A DNA stretch of 64,000 nucleotides from Leucoraja erinacea (Eukaryota). The notes beneath the pieces are model-generated. The model had not been told where the DNA came from. It saw nothing but the letters and a program-made list of their open reading frames with translations, and did not search any database. Numbering within the stretch: the first letter of the stretch is position 1; each line of letters starts with the position of its first letter. The DNA is taken from assembly GCF_028641065.1 (NCBI RefSeq), contig NC_073388.1:14012001-14076000 (forward strand), given 5' to 3'. Both the position numbers and the translations under genes were made by a program. Below are positions 24,746 to 39,049 of this stretch, piece after piece.

Positions 24746-26247
24746 CGTGCTTCCACTTTTCCAATTGTAGACACAGAATCTCCTGCAACGACCTCTCTTC
24801 GTGGCCCTCGTTATTACCTCCTGGAATTCTAACAGGATATATCCTGGTCTGTCACCTTTAGTTTAGTTTAGAGATACAGCATGGAAACAGGCCCTTCGGC
24901 CCACGATGATGATCCCCGCACATTAACACTACCCTACCTCTTCCTTAGCAATGTATCATCCCTTGATATGATCATTTGGAGGTGCAGATTCCAGCCAAAT
25001 CCAGGTTATTATCTCCTTTGGCAACCTCTCTTGACTCTCTCCAATGTCTCTGTGCTGTCTGCCTTCCTCCTGGATGAGCCATTGTTTCATCTAACTACGT
25101 TCAGGTCATTTAAGTCCGTATCCTTGGACTACGGCCCAACCACCAGATGCTCACCGTTGATTTCAATGGTGATTTCACTTCTCCAAGTCGGGCACAGTTT
25201 CAGGATATGAGAGACTAATGATACTGTGAGAGAATTACAGTTTGTTCCAAGCCTTTCCATAAAACTTAGGTGGCGTCACTTTGGGAGTTTTGCTCTTTGA
25301 TTTCTCAACAAAGGACATGTTCATTTTAATGTACTAGAAATTATTTTGGAAAGTGCAGAGAGTTTCTGGAGTCATAGAGTAATAAGCTGCAGAAAGTGAG
25401 TCCGTGCCGACCATCGATCGCCCGTTTATACTAATCCTAGTTAATCTCATCCTCCGTACATTCTGTCAACTACCGAGACTAGTGGATGGGGGGGGGGGGG
25501 GGGGGGGGCTGGAATGCATTGCTGGGGTGGTGGTGGAGGCAGATATAATAGTGGCATGGGGCAGATATGGAGATAGTGGCATTTAAGAGGTGTCGAGTTA
25601 TAGTACCACGACGTAACAGAGTATACCTTAATCTGTACAATAACAGGCGTTTCGTGTAAGAGGCATTTAGATCGCATGGAAGTGCAGGGATTAGAGGGAT
25701 ATGGACCATGTGCAGGCAGATGATATGATATCAGTTCAACTTGGCATCCTGTGTTAGGCATAGACATTGTGGGCCGAAGGGCCTGTTCCTGTGCTCTACA
25801 GTTCAATGTACCCCCAGATTCTACCATTCACTTATATACTAGGGGCATTTTGCAATGAACAGTTGACATGCCGACCTGCACATCTTTGGAATGTGGTAAA
25901 AAAACTTTTTTTGTGGTAATTTAAAGTATAGGTGTTATGTGTAACTAATGCACTTTTGGATTCTAGCGTGCCCATGGGTGAGCTGCAGATGTGCATGGAA
26001 GCTGGCAAAAATGCTCTGTGGCCTCAAGGACATGTATTGCAACTGCTTATGCTCATGCAAGGTTTTCTGTACGTGAGCTCAATAAACAGCAGAGTCTCAA
26101 CACCCTGAAGTAACGTATTGGGGTGAATCTATTTCTGAGATCCATTGAGAATCAAGCTCTTTTGAAGAATCACAGAACAGCAATGAATTCAACAGAGTTT
26201 TCCTCAGTTCAAGAAACAAAAAATGTCAGTAACAAGTCCACAAGTTT

Positions 26248-26725
26248 AGGGACTAGTCCTTTGGCCCACCGAGTCCACACTGACCCAGCAGATCACCCCG
26301 TATACTATGCTACACACTAGGGACAATTTTATCGAAGCCAATTAACCTACAAACCTGTCTGGCTGGAGCGTGGGAGGAAACTCCGGAGCACCTGTGTAAA
26401 ACGAATGCGGTCACAGGTCACACAACGTATATATTCCATACAGCACCCGTAGTCAGGATCGAACCGGGGTCTCTGGCGCTGAAAGGCAGTAATGCCCCTG
26501 TCCCACTTAGGAAACCTGAACAGAAACCTCAGGAGACTTTGCGCTCCACCCAAGGTTTCCATGCGGTTCCCGGAGGTTGCAGGTAGTGGAAGCAGGTAGG
26601 GAGACTGACAAAGACCTCCGGGAACCGCACTGAAACCTTGGGTGGAGCGCAAAGTCTCCTGAGGTTTCCGTTCAGGTTTCCTAAGTGGGACAGGGGCTTA
26701 ACTCTACCGCTGCACCTCCATGTCG
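26248..26725 (-). mobile_element. HE1 SINE interrupted by a MITE
   Basis: The SINE segment ggcagTAActctacc is split by the insertion. Confidence 0.8.
26493..26698. mobile_element. MITE family A
   Basis: ~70-bp TIRs; TAA on both sides (26490-26492, 26699-26701) where the SINE has a single TAA. Confidence 0.88.
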
Positions 26726-27274
26726 CCCTCATTGAAGAGATCAGACTGACTAAGGAAGACAGTACACATGCTGAGTCATTATTGGCTGTCTGTGCAAAAT
26801 GTTTACATACATTTTCCTCAAAGGGAGAGCAGTTATGCAAATAAGTCATGTGGTGAGTGGGTGTTGGGACGTGATGTGTGTAAGGATCACGTGTATTGAG
26901 CCACCGGCTCTTGAATGTTAAATAAAGCAAGCAAACAAAACACTGCAGGTGCTGGAAATCTGATATAACACAAGCTGGAAATATTTAATAATTCAGGCAG
27001 CATCTGAGCATAGAAACAAAAAAGAGACTCTACCCTCAGCTCAGTGGGCAATCTAAAAAGTTTGAGTTAAGATTATCAACAATGCTACATCCTTAGATCA
27101 AAGTCAGCCCATCAGTTAATTTTAAACATTAGAGTTTTAGTGTCATACAGCAGGAAGCAATCCACTTGCCCACACCAAACAGCATAATCAATTGGAGAAT
27201 GGAATATGCTTTATTTTGAGCATTCCAACATCATGCAATCCTAGTCAAGTATACAATGGGTGGATGCAGAGAAT

Positions 27275-27560
27275 TTACTTTAGACTTTAGAGATACAGTG
27301 CAGAAAGGCCGCTCGGCCCATCGAGCCCATGCTGACCAGCGATCAATCCACACATTACACACCAGGGACGTTTTTCAATTTTTACTGAAGCCAATTAACC
27401 TACAAATCTGTAGGTCTTCATGAGGAAACCAGAGCACTCAGAGAAAACCCACACTGGGAGAACGTACACACTCCACACAGACAACACCCGTAGTCAGGAT
27501 TGAACCTGGGTCTCTGGCGCTGTAAGACAGCAACTCTACCGCTGTACCATTGTGTTGCCC
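27275..27560 (-). mobile_element. HE1/V-SINE
   Basis: Head, V-domain and tail recognisable. Confidence 0.82.
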
Positions 27561-28286
27561 TGAGGAAAATGTCAACACAATTCCTCAGGTCCAATTCTTA
27601 GTCTGGTCAAGGTGAACCTTGTATATCATTTGTATTCACACGTTCTTCTATGAGAGCGGTTATCGTCTGATATTAAATAAGGGACAGGTTTCCACAGTGA
27701 ACCCATGTCCAACCTGGACAATTTGTTGAAAGTGTTTTTCATGGAAACTTTAAAGCCAAATGTAAATGAAACTGTGCTGTGGAGAAGTTGGATTTCCTTC
27801 AGATATCTGCAAATACTTTACCTTCCCTCACTGAGAATAAGAATGTTTTATACCTGCAGAAGCCTACAGTGGTCTACATCCATATAGTTTAACATCACAT
27901 GCTCCTTGAAATTTAATCTGAACTATAATCACACTTCCCTTGAATTGAGAGATGCATTTCATCACCTGATCCTTAATAGGGTAGAGGCCTTGCCCATCTG
28001 ATCACTTTAGAATGATATCTGCATGATTTGGGTATGTTTAGAGCTCAGTCCAACTCTAACCATGATCAAGTTCTCCACACTCAAATTATTTTTTAAAAAC
28101 TGCAGATGTTGGAAATCTGAAATAAAAATACAAATTATTGGGAAAAAATCTCGGTGGGGGTGGGGGGGGGGTATGGCCTGTTCCTTTTCTGCACTCTTCT
28201 ATGTTCCCCACACACATTCTACAACAGGGGTAGTTATGTGAAGCAATAAATTTGGCTAACTTGCATTTATGAGCAATTGTCCTGTT

Positions 28287-28585
28287 AGGGCAGCACAGTG
28301 GTGCAGCAGGTAGAGCTGCTGCCTCACAGCGCCAGAGACCCGGCTTTGATCCTGACCTCGGGCTGTGTGGAGTTTGAACGTTCTCCCTGTGATCGTGTGG
28401 GTTTCCTCCAGGAGCACCGGTTTCCTCCCACGTCCCAAGGAGGTGAGGGTTTGTAGGTTGATTGGCCTGTGTGAAATTGCCTCCAATGCATGAGAAGGTG
28501 GAATAACATAGAACTAGTGTGATCAATGGTCGGTGTGGACTTGGTGGGCCGAAGGGTCCGTTTCCATGCTGTATCTCCAAACTCT
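28287..28585 (+). mobile_element. HE1/V-SINE, full length
   Basis: gggcagcacagtggtgcagc head through the ctgtatctccaaact tail. Confidence 0.88.
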
Positions 28586-30279
28586 TTAGACGAGGACTAG
28601 TTTATCCTAAAAATAACCATCCCTGGTCGTAACATGTCCGTACCAAATAGGGGGGGGGGGTGCCTTGGAGCATTCATAGCAACCTGAAATGGGAAGGAGA
28701 GGGGAAAGTGTATTGTGTGTTAGCCTCTTCCTTGCTGCAACACATTGGCACGTCCTTTACTCCTTGCAAGCACTGTACCAACAATGAGGCTCTTAGAGGC
28801 CGAAGGAATGAGCAGGCAGCCGTCATCCTTGGCTCCACACACTGCGGGCCTTGTTCCGGGATCCTGTCAATAGGTAATTCATGGGCAGTCTATGCGTCTC
28901 TTTCCAATTTCCTGTGAGAAGTTCAGCCTGTGAGAGGGCTCTTTGATTCCAATTTCCTCGCAGTCAAAAGGTCGCCATAGGAGAATGCAGTTTGCGCCTG
29001 CATGAAAGAGAAGCAGCGATACATTTAAAAAAAAAAACCCTCTTTAACCAGTGTTCAACTTTTCATAATATCTAGCCCGCAATCAGTGACGTTTTAAAAA
29101 AAATGTGTTTCTTAAAAATATTTCTAAGAGTACTTTTATATGGAACAATTCAAGTTGGGTGTGGGGTGAAAGGATTTAGCCCACACCTTATCCAGTATTG
29201 GCTGTATAAGTTACAATCCTGAGACAATGAACAAAAAGTTAAAAAAATAAAAAAAAATGCATTCTTCCATTTTATAAATAGTTTTTTTTTTTTGCCAATT
29301 TTCTTTCTAGTTCCATCATTTCGTATTTTGAGGGCTCTCATTGTTCTTAAATGGAAAGCTAGAAATTGCTGCTAATTATGTTACTGAATATGTTTCTAAT
29401 TCACATACTAGAGGTTGACGTCATCACTACACAGAACAGTAATGACCCATTATAACCTATGGTGCAACAGCAATGCACTTGGGAACAAATGACTGTATTT
29501 ATCAACATTGAACTTGCCTATATTCATAGTTATTGTGTGAATGTAACATAGCTCTATATAGAAGGAATGTCAAATGTACACAATTTGCAAAAAACACACT
29601 TTCTTGCCCAAGACAATAGACGTGCTTTCTATCCTATTTTCGATTCTAATTGCAATTTGCAATGAACTGCAGTAAAGTTGCTTTGGTTAACTTCTTATTT
29701 TCCCTATACTCAAGCTTTGTTCTACCTGCAGAATGTAGAAACAAGCAAGTGCAGATACTGGTTTACAAAAAGCGAACACAAAATGCTGGAGCAATGCAGC
29801 GTGTCAGTCAGCATCTCTGGAGAACATTAGGTAACATTTTGGGTCGGGACCCTTCTTCGGTTCTATGTTCATTTGTTCTGTGAAATCGCTTTTTCCATAT
29901 CAAATTTGATTGCACTTCAAGTGAAAGCTGAAAGAATTGTATAAGGACCATCCTCGGTACATATGACCATTAAATAAAATACTCAAATTAGAAAATATAC
30001 CTGGGATACTCGAGCTTCGGTTTGTCGGTTTCTTATATTAATAATCTCCCTTTTTTAGGGTAGTTTTGTAGGTTTCCAATGTATATGTTTTTCACACAAA
30101 TTAATCATTATACAGTCCATGCACAAGAACTTGACTAATTTTTCTGAAACGGTCTTCATTCTAATGTTTTCTTTCTGACCTGTCAGAATGGATGGGGGAT
30201 ATCCTCCTATTAAAATTGGTCATAGCATATGTTACTGCTCATTAGTTACTACAGTATTACACTCGGTTACACATGTTTT

Positions 30280-31075
30280 TAGATTGAAAGTGATCCAGGG
30301 AGAACCAGCTGGCGTTATGGTATGTGGCACAGGTTGGTGGTGGAAGGGTGTTTTTCGGACTGGAGGCCTATGACAAGAGGTATGCCTCGAGGATCGCTGT
30401 TGAGAATGTACAAGGCATGATTAGTAAGTTTGCAGATGATACTAAAATAGGTGGTATCATTGAGAGTGAAGATAGTTGCTACGAATTGCAACAGGATCTT
30501 GTTAAGGTAGGCAAGCGGCCTGAGGAATGGTTAGAGTCATAGTCATAGATTAATACAGTGAGGAAACGGGCCCTTCGGCCCAACTCGCTCACACCGGCCA
30601 ACAATGTCCCAGCTACCGTAGTCCCACTTACCTGCTCTTGGTTCATAACCCTCCAAATCTGTCCTATCCATGTACCCGTCCAACTGTTTCTTAAACAATG
30701 GGATAATCCCAGCCTCCTCTACCTCCTCTGGCAGCTTGTTCCGTACACCCACCTCCCTCTGTGTTACTGGAGTTTAATTCAGATAAGTGTGAGGTGTTAC
30801 TCTTTGAAAAGTCAAATCGGGACAGGATCTTCACAGTGAATGGTATGGCCTGGGGAGTGTTGTAGAGCAGAGGAATCTATGGCGACATGTACATAGTTCT
30901 CTGAAAATGGCATCATAGGTGGCTAGGGTTGGGGGTAGGGTGGTGAAGAAGGCTTTTGACATGCCGGCCTTCATTCACATAGTTGAGTATAGAAGTTGGG
31001 AAGTTCTGTTATAGTACAAGGTATAGGTGAGGCTGCACGGTGTCTTGCATTCAGTTTTGGTCAGCCTGATGTAGG
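30280..31075 (+). mobile_element. Old CR1 RT fragment with an antisense CR1 3' end inserted (30535-30765)
   Basis: MISKFADDTKIGG motif; the opposite-strand insert encodes LPEEVEEAG...FKKQLDGYM. Confidence 0.78.
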
Positions 31076-31098
31076 AAGGGGGGAGGGGGGGCGGGTCC

Positions 31099-31344
31099 TG
31101 TAGCGACACCTGGTGGTGGCCCTGGGTTATTGAACCCTTGTGATTGGCTGGAGAAGCCACATGAGTGCGGGTGTTTGTTTTCGCGGGGTTTGTTATTGCA
31201 TTGATTTATTCTAGCGCCACACGTGTGGAATCAACATCGTGTATTTGGCTGTCTCTAGCGATTTGAGTAATTTCGTTGTTTTCGTTTTCAAAATAAAACA
31301 ATTTTACTTACTCACCGTCTCGACTCGCCAAACAACTCGATATA
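31099..31344 (+). mobile_element. Possible solo LTR
   Basis: Begins TGTAGCG and ends CGATATA (5/7 match to the inverted CGCTACA); AATAAA near 31292; CpG-retaining. No TSD seen. Confidence 0.4.
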
Positions 31345-31429
31345 TGTAGACTTTCTTGATTAGCAGAAGACTTAATATTCAGCACCTTGTTGGTATCTGG
31401 AATGCATTGCTCAATAGAATGATGGACTG

Positions 31430-31992
31430 TCTTATGAAGAAAGATTGGTTAGACTTGGTTTATACTCTCTAGAATTTAGAAGATTGAGAGGGGATCTTAT
31501 AGAAACTTACAAAATTCTTAAGGGGTTGGAAGGCTAGATGCAGGAAGATTGTTCCCGATGTTAGGGAAGTCCAGGACAAGGGGTCACAGCTTAAGGATAA
31601 AGGGGAAATCCTTTAAAACCGAGATGAGAAGAACTTTTTTCACACAGAGAGTGGTGAATCTCTGGAACTCTCTGCCACAGAGGGTAGTTGAGGCCAGTTC
31701 ATTGGCTATATTTAAGAGGGAGTTAGATGTGGCCCTTGTGGCTAAGGGGATCAGGGGGTATGGAGAGAAGGCAGGTACGGGATACTGAGTTGGATGATCA
31801 GCCATGATCATATTGAATGGCGGTGCAGGCTCGAAGGGCCGAATGGCCTACTCCTGCACCTATTTTCTATGTTTCTATGGAAGCAGATCTATTGATGTTC
31901 CAAAGGTAACCCCTTTAAATCAGCCATGATCACTGAATGGTGGTGCTGGCTCGAAGGGCCAAATGGCCTACTCCTGCATCTATTGTCTATTA
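31430..31992 (+). mobile_element. Young CR1 3' end plus a duplicated tail piece
   Basis: [23 protein letters not shown]...RVVNLWNSLP; 3'UTR ends tttctatgtttctatg; tail repeated at 31920-31992. Confidence 0.9.
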
Positions 31993-32944
31993 AACATGCA
32001 GTGTCCAGGGTCTTGAATATAATTTTGCTTTCCCTATTCTGTTATATGGTACATATAGGGATGGATTATATTTGAATTTACATTGATAAAATCTATCTTG
32101 TAATTAACAGAGTGGCCATACAATCATTAGGATAAGGATTTGTTACTGTGAATTGACAGGGACTTTTTTACTTGAGGTACTGACTGTTTTCTATATACAT
32201 CACTGGTGCTCTTCACACCTGACGTTAACAGCAGGGTGAAGGCTTATGTGATTTCTGTTCTGGGTGTTGTTAGGAAGGGAATGTTTCCATTTCAGATCAT
32301 TTTTGGCATTATAACTTGCTCAAACGATAGAGCTTCCTGTTTATTCACAACAGTAGCTCTGCTGCCCTTTGCGTTCTGTTGCAAATTAATGAGCTATGTA
32401 TTCCAGCTAAAAGTGATAGTTGTTCAGTGGAGCTGGAAGAATAATATAACTAATTATATTAGACTGGAAAGAATCCTAGTTATTCACACCATGGCCATCT
32501 GCACACGGCATTGATTTTGGTACAGAGCTTTGTAATTAATTTTGGCTCATTGGGTACGATTTTTTTTTTTTTGGCTCATTTGGTACTCTTCAATGTTTCT
32601 AGTCTATTTGGTAAATGTGTGAGTTGATTTTTTTCAGCCAGTTCAAACTCTGTGACTGCCAACAAAATCAATGGGTATCATGGACTCCTTAGGCTTTTGG
32701 ACTGAAATTATGGGAACGAAATGACAACAATTTGCAGGTTCTTGGTTCAATCTTTGATACCAGAAGATCAAGTATTTGTACAAATTACTTTCTGAACATT
32801 ACATTTCATTAAATCGAAACTATTCTTTTTTTGTGAGCATAGATCATGGTTAATCAACAGCCCATTCCCAGATTATCTTCACCCAATTTATGGACACACC
32901 TACAGATAAATGAGCTCCCATAATATTATTAAATTCTAATCTGC

Positions 32945-33380
32945 CTTATTAACGAGAGGTTGAGCAGGCTAGGATACTCTATTCCTTGGAGCGCAGGAGG
33001 ATGAGGGGTGATCTTATAGAGGTGTACAAAATCATGAGAGGAATAGATCGGGTAGACGCACAGAGTCTCTTGGCCAGAGTTGGGGAATCCAGAACCAGAG
33101 GACATAGGTTTACGGTGAGGGGGGAAAGATTTAATAGGAACTTGAGAGGTAATTTTTTCACACAAAGGGTGGTGGGTGTATGGACAAGCTTCCGGAGGAG
33201 GTAGTTGAGGCTGGTACTATTGCAACGTTTAAGAACCATTTAGACAGGTACATGGATAGGACAGGTTTAGAAGGATATGAGTAAATGTAGGCAGGTGGGA
33301 CAAGTGAGGATGGGACATGTTGGTTGATGTGGGCAAGTTGGACCAAAGGGGCTGTTTCCACGCTGTATGACTATGACTGT
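32945..33380 (+). mobile_element. CR1 3' end
   Basis: LERRRMRGDLIEVYKIMRGIDRVD...FFTQRVV motif. Confidence 0.88.
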
Positions 33381-33957
33381 AAATGCACAAGTCCTACACA
33401 ATCGCTCCAGTTTTAGTTACCGTTCTGATCCGTCTCGTGTGGTTCTGATACCATTCGTTACAATACTGTGGAGGCATGGTCACCATATTGAGTGACTTTT
33501 GTGTAATTTCCGACGTGGATCAAATCGACATATGGACTGTTCTTTTTGTTGTTATTTGTTTTGTGCTTCTCGTGCATATCTTCCACCAATCTTCACATAA
33601 CCCCTCTACACTTTCATCCGCATTTATTCACACTAGCTTTGCCTTAATTTCACTACAACTTGTGCTGCTACCCAGGGACAGCCTTTGAGCAAAGATGATT
33701 CAGAATCAAAAATTTTGACTGGAACTTGAACTTCTTAAGCACCAAACTATACGAGGGAGGGAGGGTGAAGGGAACATTTCCGATATTGAATTAGTGGCTC
33801 ACGTGCCCGGTTAACGTGCAACAAAAGCTTTTCATTGTATTTTGGAACACGTGACAATAAACTCAACTAAACTAAATCACTCCCTTGGTATTATTTTCAC
33901 ATTCAATTTTGTGATCTGGGCGTCAACAGTAAGATCAGCATTTATTCCCGTCTCTAA

Positions 33958-34057
33958 TGCCCCTGTCCCAAGGAAACCCTTCCCTGCTTTGCGGTTTCCC
34001 GGTTCCTGGAGGTTTTTTTGTCAGTCTCCCTACCTGCTTCCACTACCTGCAACCACT
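33958..34057. mobile_element. Truncated MITE family A
   Basis: taaTGCCCCTGTCCCA left end and internal gtcagtctccctacctgcttccactacctgcaacc. Confidence 0.7.
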
Positions 34058-35439
34058 AAGTGCTGCTGGACAGGGATATCCAGGATTTAGATCCAATGGT
34101 GATGAAGGACCGATAATATACGTCCATACTCCTGGAACTGGGTGTGAATGATGGAGGGAGATTGCTTACATCGTGGTGTGAAACAAAGCCACACTTTTCG
34201 GATTCAACATATTGAATGCTGTCATTTGAACCAAGACAATAATGCAACTAAAGAGTTAAATTCTTAAATCCTTGCTTTGAAAAGCAAGCCTTCTTCCCTC
34301 AGCCCTGTGTTTCCGAGGGCTGTTTCTATTTATGAAGCCCTGTCTGCCGTGCACACTTTCTGAGGCACATGATTCACAGGACAGTTCGTCTGAGTATCTT
34401 TGCGAAAAATATTCCCAGCAGCTTCCTCCACTGCCCCCCCCCCCCCCCCTCCTCTAACCCCCCCCAATCTGGCCTGATTGAATGAGGAAGGAAACTGCCT
34501 GGGAAGCCTTGTCCCTTTTGGTAGAATATCAAGAATTTTTTTTTTTTTTTTTTTTTTCCCAAACATTTTTTTGCACAAGGACACATCACCACTTCAGAAA
34601 GAGGTTTTCCATATGTTCCAATTCTTTGAATAGCCTGCTCCAGAAAAAAAGTTCAATTTTTGAACTGCATTAGTGCTGGCATTTCATTAGGGCATGGAGT
34701 CAGAGATTTGTGGACATTTACAGCTCAGAAAAAAAGACCGTTCTGCCCACCACTTCCAATCTCGCTAAAAATAGATATATTTGGATGAATGCAACTTCCC
34801 AGCTCACAGTCTATGCTGTCAAAGATTATAGGACATCGGGCACACATCCAGGCACTTTTGTTTTGATGTAATGAGGGCTTCTGTCCCCACCACAGGCTTC
34901 TAGCATTTTCCTTAAAATAGGACTATTCCAGTAGTGGGATAATCATACTCTGTGGCAAGGACTGGTCTATATTTCTCTTCCCCGGACTCTTTTCTCTCAT
35001 CCCCCATCCTATTGTCAACTATAGAAAATGGGTCGGAGTCACGATAGGTCAGAATGTTATCAGTTGTTATCAAACAGGGGTGAGCAGCCCCGGAATCTAC
35101 TGCAATGTTATCTGAAATTAATTATTCCGCAAATGATCAGTGTGCGCATTATTAATGAATGGCTACTTAGCTGGGGTTTAGAGGGTAATACTTTGAAGGC
35201 CCAACTGGAGCCAAACGCCTTTGAGGAGAAAAGTGGAGGAGAAAATTGAAAGTTAAGGGCGGGGAGGGTGGGTGGGGGCAAAATGATTTGCATGTTATAA
35301 TTAAATGTGCTTCTGTACAAGGGACGGGTTGAGAAGGAAATAGATGGAGTTGATCTAGAGTGAAGGTGTGCCTTGTTAGGACTAATGGCTTTTTCCTGCT
35401 CCTAAAAATTCTTCCGTTCTTATGTAATAGATTGCGAAC

Positions 35440-36640
35440 ATTTGCGTGTGTGTGCACGAGTCTGTGCATCTGTATGTATATCTGCCTGTGTGTGTGTGTG
35501 TGTGTGTATATGAGTGTGTGTACATGTGTATGTGTGAGTGTCTGTGTATCTATGTGTGAGTTCCAGTGTCTATGCACCTTTCTGTGTGTGTGTGTCTACA
35601 TGTTCCTGTCTATGTACCTTTCTGAGTGGATGTTTGTGGGGGTGTACGATTCTGTGTGTACTTGCATGAAACTGTCTCTACACCTGTGTGTGTCAAGTCA
35701 AGTCAAGTTTATTTGTCACATACACATACGAGATGTGCAGTGAAATGAAAGTGGCAATGCTCGCGGAACAACAAAACAACCAAACAAATTATAAACACAA
35801 TCATAACACACATATTATTTTACATAATAAGTGTGTGTGTGTGTGTGTACTTGCATGAGCCTGTCAATGTACCTTTCTGCGTGCGTGTGTTTGGTTGTGT
35901 GTAGGGGTGTGACTGCAGTGTAGAGCAGTTGCTGCCCATCTAAATTTAAACACCGGGTCACTGCTTTGGGCTGGGTTTCAGCTTTGGCGCCAGGATGACC
36001 CACGTAATTAGAAGCAAGCTCTGTGAGTAAAGACTCAATGACTACGTTCAAATAGGTTTTTTTCTTTCCACTTCCCATGTATGAGGTCACTCCCTAAGTG
36101 TTGGGAACAGGGGGGGGGGGGGGGGGGGGGTGGCGGGGGGGGGGGAAACATAAAACTGATTGGTTGATTAAAAGGTGGGTCCCACTTCTCAGGGAATGAA
36201 TAATGAGTTTCATTCAGGCATCCGGGTGAAATTCCAGATGGAATGTTTTGGGATGCAGCCAGTGGGGGTGTATACAATTGCAAAGAATATTCATGGATGA
36301 AGCTTAATTTTTTTTTTTACAGGAAGGCTGACATTACCTAAAAAAATTACATTCAGTTAGTTCTCATTCTTGACTGTCTGTGTGAGACACAGACGGTCTG
36401 TGCATGTGTGTGTGTGTGTGTGCGCGCTTGTTCATGTTAGTGTTGCCTGCGTGGACACGAGTGTGTGCATAAGTGTGACTGAGTGTGCATGCATGTTTTT
36501 GTGACTGGGTGATTGTGTGTGGGAGCATATGTATGCGTGCATGCTTATTTGTGCGTGTGTGTGGTGTATGTCAGGGAGCTCGTGTTTGTGCATGTGTGCT
36601 CATGCATGTACATCCATGAATGTGTGCCCATGCATAGAGC
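35440..36640. repeat. Degenerate (TG)n tracts (35440-35910; 36375-36640) with a LINE 3'-tail insert (~35693-35830)
   Basis: Visible dinucleotide low complexity; (TCAAG)n-tttatttgtcac tail. Confidence 0.75.
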
Positions 36641-38434
36641 CAGACCTTGGATTATTAATTGATGAATTAAGGTCTGGATAATGGACAAGAATTTTCTTCT
36701 AAAATGTAATGCATACACAGCTAGTGATGAGTAAATTGTACGGTACGTTGTGGCAGGGAATTGTGACAACATTGTTATTCATCATTTTGTAGTTGGTTTT
36801 GCAGAAATGGCTTCTTCACCTAATTATCTCTGAGTTTAATTAAATTGACTTGCTCTGTAAATTTGAAGCTGTTACTTAAGTGCAATTGGCTTGGTAAATG
36901 TAAAAATTGTCCTTAGTGTGTGTGTGTGTAGGATAGTGTTAATATGCAGGAATCGTGGTCGGCGCGGACCTGGTGGGCAGAAGGGGCCTGTTTCTGCACT
37001 GTATCTCTGAGCTAAACTAAACAATTCTCCCTAAACATTATTCCCAAAGTATCATCTACAAATGGCAGCTCAAATATGTACAATATTGTACTAAGTGTGG
37101 TTTCTGTTTCCACACCATTCTTTTAGCTGCTCATTTACTATTCGCTAGTTATTAACAATCGGTGGTCTGTTATGGTCTGTTTTATCCATGTGGATCTTAA
37201 CAGCAGAAATCATGATGGGATTGGTCTAAGTTTTTTCGACGTAGAAGTCTTGCATGATGTAAAGAAAATGTTTGTCAGCATGGAATAGCTCGTCAACTAA
37301 TGGGTCACTATGTCTAAGTCATAAGCTGTTTTAAATTTAAGCAGCTCTTCCATAAAAATTCAACCAGGTGTTAAATTAATATTTGTATGTAGCAGATTTT
37401 GAATAAAGTTGTGCACATTTCTAAACTCTGATTTTCCATTAACGTACTGTAAACTGGTCTAGATGATCTCCTCCGTGGAATGCTGAGGCGCTAAGGTGAT
37501 TGATGTCTAACTTGTGCTAAATACCATAAGACTATAAAAGATTGGAGCAGAATTTGAGTCTACCACCATTCGATGATGGCTGATCTATTTTTCCCTCTCA
37601 GCTCCATGCTCCTGCCTCCTGCTCCCGCCCGTATTAATCAAGAACTTATCAATCACCACTTCAAATATACCCAATGACTTGGCCTCCACCACTGCCCGTG
37701 GCAATGAATTCCACAGATTCGCCACCCTCTGGCTAAAGAAATTCCCGTTTCCACCAGGTCTGTTTGACAGCATTTGGGAATGGCGAATGGGAGCCATTGC
37801 TTTCCCCCTTGCCCAGGATAGTGTGGCCAATTGTGGTGCCTCATCCATCGTCACGGTTCACTCATAGATCATGTTTGGTCTTTATCTACATCCTACAGAG
37901 GTAGCTACTTGGGAATGACTGGAAATCCCCAATGTAATTAAGGCATGCAAGCTCCTCCCAATTTGCCACACCTTTCCTCGTGTAGTTTGTGGCATTTCTC
38001 TGCATTCTGAAGCCTAAGTCCCATGTAGAGGGATTGTGTTATTTTTCATTGTTTTTACATGTCACTTATCTGGTGAGGAAGCTGGTGAAGGACATAATAC
38101 GTTGCTCCACATCCTCACATTGTAATGGCAAAGTGGTTTGTGTTTCCTGTTAAATCCAACAGCTAACCTGCTTCAGGGATATTTTATTTTATCAAATTTG
38201 GATGCGATTTTAAAATCTTCAGCACAAGGTCTTTGCTGCCGTTTCCAGAGATGTTTTTAGCACCATTGATGCGGGGGCTCAAACCCCAGTAACCTGGTTG
38301 AAGATTCAAGGTTTAAATCCTGGCATGGTTTATTCTATCTTTTATCCTTCTGAAGTAAGTACCATCTCAACCTGTAACTAGCAAGATGCGTTCTAGGCAC
38401 CGTTCAACTGTGCTACCACATGCAGACGTATCAA

Positions 38435-38862
38435 GGTTGAACAAGTTAGGTCTTTATTCTTTGGAGCGCAGAAGGTTAAGGGGGGGACTTGATAGAGGTC
38501 TTTAAAATGATGAGAGGGATAGACAGAGTTGACGTGGATAAGCTTTTCCCATTAAGAGTAGGGAAGATTCAAACAAGAGGACACGGCTTGAGAATTAAGG
38601 GACAGAAGTTTAGGGGTAACATGAGGGGCAACTTCTTTACTCAGAGAGTGGTAGCTGTGTGGAATGAGCTTCCAGTGGAAGTGGTGGAGGCAGGTTCGAT
38701 TTTATCATTTAAAAATAAATTGGATAGGTATATGGACGGGATAGGAATGGAGGGTTATGGTCTGAGTGCAGGTAGATGGGACCAGGCGAAAATAAATGTT
38801 CGGCACGGACTTGAAGGGCCGAGATGGCCTGTTTCTGTGCTGTAATTGTTATATGGTTATAT
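38435..38862 (+). mobile_element. Young CR1 3' end
   Basis: ORF 38489-38845 is nearly identical to the 22531-22926 peptide. Confidence 0.9.
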
Positions 38863-39049
38863 CTCTTGGGACTTTGGAAAAGGAGTCCGTGCCACATCAG
38901 CTATGTATGCTCATTGAAGACTGATCTCTGTGGCATTTGGTTTATTTTTATGTTCTATCACGGTACTAGGTCGAGGGACTTGAAGGAACTTAAATTTGAT
39001 AGATTTCAGAGGGGCACTTCAAACTGAAGTGTATTTTACACTGACACGC

